From Cirrosporium novae-zelandiae (Eukaryota): a DNA stretch of 64,000 nucleotides. The notes beneath the pieces are model-generated. The model saw only the letters and a list, made by a program, of their open reading frames with translations, was not told the origin of the DNA and did no database searches. This document shows, in pieces, positions 37,050 to 48,455 of this stretch (positions are counted from its first letter, which is position 1; the number at the start of each line of letters is the position of its first letter). The position numbers were made by a program, and so were the translations under genes. Location of the stretch: positions 248,001-312,000 of the forward strand of contig JAPETS010000013.1 of the NCBI GenBank assembly GCA_026023565.1, in the 5' to 3' direction.

Positions 37050-37517
37050 GAAATGACGGAGGTGCTTGCTTGCTTGAAGAAAGCTGGTGTAAAAATATCT
37101 ACCCCTCTGGGAGGCAACAGACAGACCCACCCCCTTGGAGTAGTTATTTATTGATATGGCCGTAAAACGTGCGCCTGGAAGGTACCATACATATACATAT
37201 ACATATACATATAAAGTACAAGAAATAATCCTATCTATCTACCTAGGTAAATTATCCGTAAAATTTCATTTATTAGAACTATTATTATTATTATTATTAT
37301 ATTATATTCTATAAGCTCCTATATCTTAACTGTTTAAGGTTTTCTAAGAGTTGGCGCTCTAGTAGTCTATGTAGCATAGCAAATAACCTCTCTTCAATCT
37401 ATTCCTATAATCACCAGACTATAACATTTTCATTCTAAGACAAAATATATATAACCTACCTACCTAACCTACAGGTATCTAACCAGGTTCTTACTTACTG
37501 AAGTAATAATAATAATA

Positions 37518-38217
37518 ATGGCTAGGATAAAAAAGAAGACGCCTGAAAGATATTCTTCTTCTTCTTTCTCCTCCCATCATCGCTCCGCCGCCGCCGCGCC
37601 GCCGCCACCACCACAAGGAGAAGTAGTGGTAGACCTATCATTGGTGACAAAAACCCGGCCTTGCAGCCTCCGTTCCGCACCCCGAAACAACAACGGCGAC
37701 GCCTTTCAAAAAAAGGGACCACCGTTAGCAAAGAGGAGGAGGAGGAGGAGGAGGAGGAGGAGGAGTAATACTTGTTGTTAATGGCTGAATTAATTAATTA
37801 ATTAATTTAGCCATTGCACCCCAAGAAATCCGCTACTATCAGAACTCCACCGAGTTGTTAATCCCCAAAGCGGCTTTCCAACGCGTCGTCAAGGAAATTA
37901 CATTGGCCGTTGCTGGTGGTGGTGGTGGTGGGCTCATTCGGTTTCAAGCCAGCGCGATTGATATGCTTCAGGAATCTTGTGAGGCGTTTCTGGTTGCGTT
38001 TTTTGTGAGTGAGTGCTTACTTTCTTTCTTTCTTTGTATCATGTGTGTGGTGGTAGTTGGTGGTACTGATATATAATATAAATATTAATTTAATTGGTGG
38101 TTAGAGTGCAACTTGCTGGCGATCCATGCGAAACGAGTAGCAATACAGGAGAAAGATATAAAGCTTGTAGAGAAATTGGCAAAGTATTTCGGGGTTTCTG
38201 GATATCGGGAGCCTTAG
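37518..38217 (+). CDS. Divergent histone H3-like variant (gene or decaying pseudogene)
   Basis: Exons 37518-37764, 37811-38008 and 38105-38217 give MARIKKK...[34 protein letters not shown]...[46 protein letters not shown]...*, a complete H3 histone fold. Confidence 0.8.
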
Positions 38218-38599
38218 TTGAATGTTAGGTTGGTTAAGAGTACCTCGTTATATAAAGATATAAAAAAAGCTGAAGTTATGTATGTAAACCATTTCATCAC
38301 GGCTACCTACCTATCTATATACCTAGGTATATAAATAAATATAAATTACAAAAAAGTAAGTAAAAACATAATTTGCCTAGGCCATAACTAGATTCAATCT
38401 CATATAATTAATCAGAATTAAAAAAACCCCCAATTTTTTTTGTTTTGCGGTTTTTTTTTTGTTAGGAATGTCCTAAGAAGTAAAAACAAAAGTAGAGAAG
38501 GGTGATGAACATGAACTTTTTTCTTCTTCTTTTGGCTATCGCTAGATAGAATCAGAATCAAAATCGATAGCGAAATAGATTCCTTAAACTTTTTTTTTA

Positions 38600-39952
38600 C
38601 TAATTCGGTCTCATTACTGTAGTAGTAGCTTCAGCCTCGACGAGCGCAGGTGCTGATATCGACGTGGACGAAGTGGTAGGTTCCAACGCCGTACAAGTCG
38701 CAACGGTAGTCCAAGGCTCGGTGGTGACCTCCGGCGCAGACCCCGCTATTATCTCAGCTTTCACAAGCACCGGAATAACTGCCCCGGTCGTCAGGCTAAA
38801 GGTGCGATGTCCGATAGCCCTAAGAATCGCAGCAATGGCGCCAGAGTGCGTGGTGAAGGAGATCCAGGTGCTGGAGGTGGAGGTGAATATGTCATCAAGG
38901 AGAGCTTTCATGCGGACAGTTTGGGCGGAGTCGGTTTCGCGGTAGGTAGCGCTCCAGAGGGGATCATCTTCTGCAAAGTTACGCTCAAAAGGGTAGGTGG
39001 GGTAGTTGGAGTGGATGTAGGTGCGGGAGCTGCGCCTGTCACATGTGTGAATGCCGATTGTTTCGCGGAGGAGCTGTTGGGTTATTTAGTTGGTGGTCTT
39101 CTCAGTGGTATTATATTCTATGTTCTAGAGAATCCAGGGAGGGATAAATGGGTAGACGAGCTTACCTCCTTGATTGTTGGGACGAAAGGTTGGCCTTTAG
39201 GTAAATCCAACCCTTTGAACGTAATGTCCGCTGTGGCTAGACAACGGAACAGCGGACTGACGTAGTATTTCTGTGGCGCGGGGATTTTTTGGACCTCCAA
39301 TTCGGTGGCCCAGAAATTATTGGCCACCTTCGCTTGCTGGATACCGCTTTCTGTTAAATGGGCATCCGCCCAAGTGACGGTTCCGTTTCCATCCTTCAGT
39401 GACCAATAGCACTGTTGTCCCAAGCATGATATGCGTCAGCGAACGTGGGCTCGATTTGGGAGGGGGACGGGAACAGAAAAGGTAGACTGACATCCCAAGC
39501 TTCAGTTCCATAGTAGTCTTCAGCAACATTATGGAGTCCTTGACCATGTCGACCCATATATAGAACCTTGTACTGCGTGTTCTTTCCACATTCCTGATTT
39601 AAGACCTTGACCTTGTGTTCGAACCTTTGCCATGGCGTCTTGTCGTGATATGGATCAAATCGAGCATCCGTATCATACGTCTGGTTGATCAAGCCGAAGT
39701 TTTCGGTTGTCTGCACATAATAAAGCACCTTAGATCAGTAGACGTTTTATGCCTATGCTTGCAGGAATAAGGAACGCTGCATGTTGGACTCACATAGTCA
39801 AACGTCGATGGATTTGTTCTCGGATCGTCCTGTAAAAAGAAGCCGGTAACGGTGGTATAATTGATATGCGACGCCGCTCCCGCATCACCCATCATTTCCG
39901 TTATCAACAGGATCACCGTCCAAACAAAGAGACAAGGTCTAACGGCCATCAT
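38600..39952 (-). CDS. Secreted histidine phosphatase / phosphoglycerate mutase family protein (Pmu1-like)
   Basis: Signal-like N-terminus, YTTVTGFFLQDDP, catalytic MGRHGQGLHN, YVSPLFRCLATA, HTCDRRSSR, TTHSGAI; Thr/Ser-rich tail; three introns. Confidence 0.88.
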
Positions 39953-40522
39953 GTAAGTAAATATTGAGATATGATATATAATTAACATACATAGCTATTC
40001 TCAAGTTGCAGAGTTGTCTCCATGACCTGGGTGATCTCGGAAATAGGCTCTTGGCAATTGGGAAAAATGGCCCCATCAAGCCATATCGATATTATAAAAT
40101 ATCATAGATGAAGAAAGGATTTGCAGGGATATTAGTTAAGAGACAATGAAAAAGGAGCGAATCTGACTTCGAGATGGCTGAACGTGCAGTTGAAGGCCAA
40201 GGTCCGAAAGGCCGGGCCGATAGAATATTCCGCAGCCGGAAACGCTTCAAGAAGTTAGAGTACGTGATGGAATACGAGGTTATCAGCCACACTTTGGAAG
40301 AAGACAACAACAAAGATCCTACCAGGCAATTAATTATATAGAAACTACGGATGCTTACTCAACATAGTAAAAGGCATAAGAATTCGTTAGGAGAATCATC
40401 AATCCATTGCGAATACGTGGCTCGTAACCATTTGGTCTAACCATCTGCTCATCATAACGAGGCTTCCCATAGTCAATTGTATGCAACACCACCAACCATT
40501 TTTCCATATCAATGCCAAATCC

Positions 40523-42252
40523 TCATGCAGTCATAGCCCTGAGTTGCTCTCGTACACCGTCAATCCCTTTTAATAATGACTCGCTCCTCTTCTTAACTTT
40601 CTTTTCTCCATGTGTAGATATTTTGGTAAGTTCAGCAACAAAGGATTCTCCCCAGAAAGCACTAAAGTCCAATCGTTAGTTGAAAATTGCAGCTGGGTCC
40701 TTGAATTATCATACCTCGTATATTTGGATACATATTTCCAGAGCTTCTGGAAGTTGATTGCTCTCTGTTCATCGCTCATCGTCACGGCATCATGGATGGC
40801 GCTAGCCAACTCTTCCGTATTCCAGGGATTGATGATAAGGCTCCCGTTCAAGCTTTGTGCTGCACCTGTGAATTCAGAAAGAATCATAGATCCATGACGT
40901 TTCTCCTGGCAGGCAATATACTCAAACGAGACTAGATTCATGCCATCCCGAGTCGAAGACACCAAGCAAACGTCAGAGCAGGCATAAAGGGAGATCAGTT
41001 CATCGAAGTTGACCGACTTGTGCATGAAGTGGATCGGCATAAATTCAATCGTTCCTAATATAGTTAGAATAGCTGGCATAAGCTTGATAATCTTCACCCG
41101 GCGAGGAGACTTACCAAATTTTCCGTTGATTCTGCCAACCAACTCGTTAACAACCGCCCTTAGATTTTGGTATTCTTCAACATCTTGTCTGCTAGGTACT
41201 GCAACTTGGACAAGCACAACTTTTCCAATCCACTCCGGGTGATCCGTTAGGAACACCTCCAAGGCGTGTAATTTCTGTGGCACTCCTTTGATATAATCCA
41301 ATCTATCCACCCCGACGATGAGCTTGACTCCCTGGAATTTTTGCTCTAGCTGCGCGATTCGTTTCTGAACCTTTTCTTTTTTCAAGCCATCCGTAAACTT
41401 CTCAGGATCAATGCCGATCGGAAATGCACCGACAGCGACCATTTTACCCTGGAATTCAACCCCATTAGGAGTTGTTGTAAGACCCCTGAAGACATCAGCA
41501 CAATTCCAATCCTATAATTTCGAGGAATAAACTCACAGAATTCGGGAACAACTGCTCAAGAAATGCCGGGCATAGTCATAAGTGTGGAAGCCCAGCAGAT
41601 CACAGTGTAAAACCCCGAGCAAGACCTCATTACGTACAGGCAGGATTCTGTAAATCTCGCTGCTAGGAAATGGTGTGTGTAAAAAGAATCCAATCTTGAT
41701 GTTTTGCCTACTTGATCCGATTTCTTCTCGAAGCATTGCAGGAAGAAGCATCAGGTGATAATCGTGAACCCAGATGAGATCTCCATCTTGGACTTCCTTT
41801 GCAATAGCTTTTGCAAAAAGCCTGTTGGCATCTTTGTAGGCATTCCAGGCGGCTTCGTCAAACACGATTTCTCCGGGATGGTAATGGAAAAGCGGCCAAA
41901 GGATTGAATCTATGGAGGCGGGGTTATTAGTTCAAGCTCACGCCAGTAAAAGGAAGGACTAACTTGAGAAGCCATTATAATGTCGGTCTGCCAGCTCATC
42001 GGAGATGTATACGGGGACAGCGTTATACTCATCCTTGAGCCGTTTGGTCAAGTGGGGTTTTTCGTTGTCTGCTATTTCCATGCCCGTCCATCCATACCAC
42101 TGGAAAGTAGTACTTTTAGATAAACCGGACAAGCCACTGACTAGACCACCCGATGACATAGAGAAGTCGTATGTGCCATCATCGGATCGTTTGATTGTTA
42201 TAGGTAGACGGTTGGAGATAAGGAGGAGGCGAGAATCTGAAGTGGAAGGCAT
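40523..42252 (-). CDS. TPS1: Trehalose-6-phosphate synthase
   Basis: RLLLISNRLP, SSGGLVSGL, WVHDYHL, GFFLHTPFPSSE, GVDRLDYIKG, RDGMNLV, LSEFTGAA; final exon SAFWGESFVAEL...AMTA*. Confidence 0.96.
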
Positions 42253-43261
42253 TGTGAGAAGCAGTTTGTCTTCTAATTTATTCGGGGGACCCGAATATCG
42301 TGGGCGACGCAATCAATAGTTGCGTATGAGAATAGAGTTACTCCAACAGCGCAGGAGAAATTTATCTTTGCTAGGGAGTCCTAATGTGTTCTGTGACGCA
42401 AGACCAGTTAACCCAAGATGGTGAGGAATTTGGTAAAAGCAGGTACCATACTAGAATGGATAAATTATCTATGAGATCTCGTAGGAGATGGAAGGATGTT
42501 GGTTGCAAAGGTACTAGAAGAGGCAAGAAATTTGACAAGCCTCAATATCAGCTACATTCATAATGGTTAAGGAAATTGGTCCGTATGCGGTTGCCGTGGA
42601 GTACATCGTGTTGGTGCTACTTGTAGATGTCGCCGGAGGGGCGGCGTACAAGTCTGGTACGAATGGTTAATTACGACTTGGGTACAAGAAACAAAGGAAC
42701 AGACCACAAATCTCATCATCTCATTATCTCGTCATATCATCATCCCATATTATTATATACTAATATTTTACTTGTTTAATTATTAGCAAGTAAATGGATT
42801 CTATCATGATTGTTTGATGACCTATTAAGTAAATAAATCATAGCTAATTATGCATCTTCTTACAGACACGGAAAAGAGAAGAAAAAAAACACGTTAAAAC
42901 TCACTGGTACTTGACGTGCCTAAATACCTTACCTAGGTATCTAAGGTATGTTTGGTTGCCCCTCCTGCCAATTAGGCAAGTGGGTAGGTGTCTTAGGGTG
43001 TCTGTCGATTATCGATTATCACCATTCAACTACCACACACCTCCACCATTAGAATACCCTCGAACAATCAAGCAACTTCAAAGTAAATCCTTCTATTAAT
43101 AAAGCCATCTATAAAATATTCAAATATTACTATCATCCAGCTATCTACACAAGATCGGTGGCACACCTCTCGAGATTAACCAACCCGCAGTTCCAGGTTC
43201 TATTCCACCCTCCATCATCTTCACCATCCCGAAAGAGCCCGAGGTCAAGGAGGATGGTCGT

Positions 43262-44255
43262 ATGATGATTGCTGAACCACATACAAGGCCCCTCGAGGAC
43301 CATGACAGCAAGATCCCTATCTTGTTACTCAAGACCAAGTCCGCCCCGACCGATGCATATGAAGCTCTTTTTGCCGCCTCTAATCGTTTCCATCCCACCT
43401 TCATTCCCGTCCTTCAACATAACTATAACTCCGCTAACCTCGGTCGCTTGAAAGATTTTCTTGTGTCTGGGGTATTTGGTGTGGATAAGATTACAAAAAT
43501 AATTTATGGAGGCCTAATATTCACGAGCCAGCGTGCCGTGGAGGGCTTCGCGCGCTTGGTTCATGAGGTAGGCGGTATGGTAAAATGTCTGCAGTAGATG
43601 TATACATAATCTGACTTTTCCGTCAGTAACCCCATTAGAAAAACTCGAAATGCCTTTATATGTCGTAGGGCCTGCGACTTCCCGCGCTTTAGGTGCTCTT
43701 CAGGAGCAATACCTCCCTCTGTCACAAGTACGGGGAGCAGAAACCGGAAACGGCGAGAAATTAGCGTACTATATTTTGGATAATTATAATACTATCCAAG
43801 AAGATGGAACGAAGCTACCTCTGATGTTTGTAGTTGGAGAACAACGACGAGACATTATTCCCAAGACTTTAATGTCCGAGTCCCTTCCCGCAGCGGACAG
43901 AATACAAGTCGACGAGTTAGTCGTTTATGAAACCGGAGTCATGGAGTCCTTTCCAAATGACTTCGGTACCGCCCTTGCCAACAACACTTCCAAACCAGTC
44001 ATATGGATTGTGGTATTCTCTCCAACTGGATGTGAAGTCATGCTGCACGGCTTGGGAATGATTGACCCTGAGACTGGACGAACGCGGCAGAAGGATGCCG
44101 CAGAGAACAGAAAATACTTCATCGCCACAATTGGCCCGACTACCCGTGATTACCTGCGAAGGACCTTTGGTCTTGAGCCGGATGTTTGTGCAGAGAACCC
44201 GAGCCCGGAAGGTGTTCGAGAAGGGATAGAGAAATTTCTTCAACAAAACTCATAG
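43262..44255 (+). CDS. HEM4: Uroporphyrinogen III synthase
   Basis: ILLLKTKSAPTDAY, GGLIFTSQRAVEGF, YVVGPAT, VGEQRRDIIP, VVFSPTG, IGPTT, PSPEG; one intron at ~43575-43626. Confidence 0.9.
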
Positions 44256-44751
44256 TAATTAATTATGCCCCAAAGTTCTATATTTATTTAAGGGTATTTG
44301 TAGACTGTCTTCTGTACTCGCCACATAAATCATCCACAAGATAATGGCAAATATGCCTCCAATCTCTGCATAGACACACTAGGAGAGTTAATAAGTTCGG
44401 GTATGTTATGAAAACAAGAACTAAATCTGTAATTCATGGATATTTGAGTGTATTGATTGCCGTCCTAAGGTAACCCGACAATGCTTTTCATTGCCATGCA
44501 TCAGCCCATGCATCAGCTGTCCCTGGCTTCGACATCCTCTAACGCCCTGTCACCGTCTTGATGATATGATGGAGCGCCAGAACATACGGAATACAAAGAC
44601 TTGTCTGTAAGGTAGTAGCCAGAAAAAAATGTATCAATCTGAATTCCCGAATTCACGCCAACATCTCCCTAGGAACATGATCACTCTCATATCCTTACTG
44701 CCTGCAGTATTCGTGCACATCTGGCCTATATGGAAGTACCCTGTCGTTGCG

Positions 44752-46049
<1,298 letters not shown>

Positions 46050-47796
46050 TTCGAAGATGTGCCTAGCACCGCCGTAAAAACCGAGAGAATCGAGTTGATG
46101 AAGAGGAAAATTGAGCGGTGTAGAATGTATTTGAAAGTTGGAGGAGTCAGAAGCAAGATAACTTGAGCGAATCGTAGAATTCTAGGTTGTAATTTCGGTG
46201 TACTGTCATTGAATTTATCAGTTAGTCACTGTTCCATTGATAAGAGCCCGAATTTACACGGAGATCGTATATGGCTCCAGGTTCTACCGGATTCACAGTC
46301 GGCGCAAAAACACCAACAGTCAAGCCATAGTGGAACATGGGCCGTATTCACAATGCGCTTCGAGAAAATAGCCGGTGCAGCTGGATTCTTTCTCTCGCAA
46401 GTACCCTCGTGGTAATCTTCTTCTCCAAAGGCAGGTTTAAACCTATCCAGCTTCTTCAGGTGGTGAGATATACCTCAATAATCTTGATCTCCCCACTGTC
46501 GCTCAATGCTTGACAAAATAAGCAGACAGACTCAAGTCATATATAGACTTCAATATGCGATCTTGGTATTGAAGAGTTTGTTCCTATGAGCGCAATGACA
46601 AGTAATGCCGAGGGTATCACGGGGAAAAGGGAGGTGACGCTGTTGAGGAGGGTGGAATAAAAGAGGCGGCCGTATTGAAAAGTGGAGTTAACTGATGAGT
46701 ATAGTGATCAGTGGGCTGAAGAGCTTTCTGGGTTTAAGAAGGCGGAGGTCCTTCGCAATAGCCTTACCTACCTCTATTGAAAGGGGTTGGATTTCAACAA
46801 AGCCCAGCAGCACACGTCCGATATAATGTAGTAGGGTTCACCTTAGGTTCCAAGCTTTGAATATCGTAGAAATCTAGGCTACGGGCGGGTGTTGGTGGAG
46901 TTCACTTGGGTTTCAATGGGCGAGAGATGTTGAAGCGGGGCAGAGGGAGGTAGATAGGTAGCCAAAAGATGCTGGCGCAGGCTTAGGCGGGCACGGCGGG
47001 GAACAGAGGAGCTGCTAAGTTTTCGAAGATCTTTTAACGATGTAGTGTCGAAACTGTCAACTGGCAAACAGCGTCCATTTCGGACAAAAAATGATGATGG
47101 CAGAATCTCCTGTCTAATTGTTGGAGATAGTTCGGCGGATGGAATTCGAAACATCCGCCGCGAGGCCTTTCTTGAGACAGACTATCCAAAAACGTGTCTG
47201 TTTGAAGCACCGAAGCAACTAAAAAGGGTACTTTTACTTTGTCACAAGTATTTTGAGTAAATCCCATTTTAAGGACGAGACACGCCTCGGCATCCTTCTA
47301 CACATCTACCAATCCTTCAATGAATACAAATAGTCTAACCATCCTATCCTGCAACTGCATTATATTTCGTTGGCTCTTCTTAACCGCCTTGCCGCCGAAT
47401 GACCGGGAGAGGCGTCAGGCCAGCCACAATAACTAAACTATCTTCTTTTATCAGGGGTTTACCACTTTTGGTTCTTTGTAAAGATAGTCTGTCTATTGCT
47501 TTCTTTCTTCCAAATATGAACACATTGTTTTGGCCCAACTTAATAGGTCATCGCTCCTTTCAGCTGTAATTTGGCCCCCGAAACCACCAGTGCTCGGTTA
47601 GTTGGTTAATCGAACAAAAAGGCAACGTATTGAAAAATGCATGTCAAGAATAGTCAATGGCTTACTTGGTCCAAGCCCAAATTATCTAACCATTCTGATC
47701 AAGAGAAACACCTTGGTAAAGGAAAAGAAACAAAGTAGAAAAAAAAGAAAAAACGAAGATCGCACTGGATCTTCCGGGATTTGAACCCTAAACCTC

Positions 47797-47912
47797 TAGA
47801 CCCGGTGGGAGTCGAACCCACGACTTTCGCATTCCTCATTGGCTGAGATCATATTAATCCGATTACTCAGATTCATATAAGAACGACATGCTAACCACTG
47901 CATCACGGGTCT
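47797..47912 (-). tRNA. tRNA-Ile (anticodon UAU) with 43-nt intron
   Basis: Acceptor AGACCCG/CGGGTCT-A, D arm ATGC/GCAT with AGTGGTTA loop, loop CT-TAT-A, intron 47875-47833, T arm GTGGG-TTCGACT-CCCAC; 73 nt mature; downstream T-run. Confidence 0.9.
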
Positions 47913-48455
47913 TTCCGCAATGCTCTGATTAGTGGAGAGAAACGAAAATAATATTTATATACGCTTCAACCGAGGAGCAATTCGCTTAACAACACAATTA
48001 TATTGCTACAAATTAGCCTAATAACTACCTTGGGTCTATAAAGTAAGGGATGCTTTTGTTCATTTGCAAGTGAGACAAATTCCAATGGGCATTGGCTGCT
48101 TAGATAATTACGACGTTCCCTTTACTTCCACCACAAAACGGCGAGCCAAGCCAAACCAAGGCGTCCATGCTGTATACTTGAATAAAAATACCAGCCGTAG
48201 AGGTCCATGACATCATTATTTACAAGGCAACATGAGAATCGTTTTAGGTCTCTGCAGAGCCATTCGAGATCTCTAATCAAGGATTATATGTCGAAGGGCA
48301 GATGTTATGACACGAACAGAAGAGCAATTACTGCTGGACGACGTTTTCAAGGGCAAGCATTTGCATGGCAACTGTCTTGCTCTACTTTTACATACACCAA
48401 TACAACAAGCTTAACAATGGTGCCATGTAATCACCCTACCAATCTGTGAAGACCC

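Larger units (their letters stand above)
36388..37183. repeat. Diverged tandem duplication (unit 1 ~36388-36663; unit 2 ~36754-37183)
   Basis: Shared blocks ACATGCTTCATAG, CCGCCAAAA(C)CATTCAAAAAA, CAAGTACCT, GAAATGACGGAGGTGCTTG, GGGAGGCARCAG, GCCTGGAAGGT occur in the same order in both units. Confidence 0.85.

Noticed and set aside
37518..38217. Calling the H3-like gene CenH3/CENP-A
   Set aside because: It has a long tail and extended loop 1, but keeps the Q68 and F84 equivalents of canonical H3, and the loop extension is a (GGT)n repeat. Not excluded without a phylogeny, so left unnamed.
42253..42312. Non-AUG N-terminal extension of TPS1
   Set aside because: Only 20 open codons with no similarity; the ATG at 42252 matches the usual start region.
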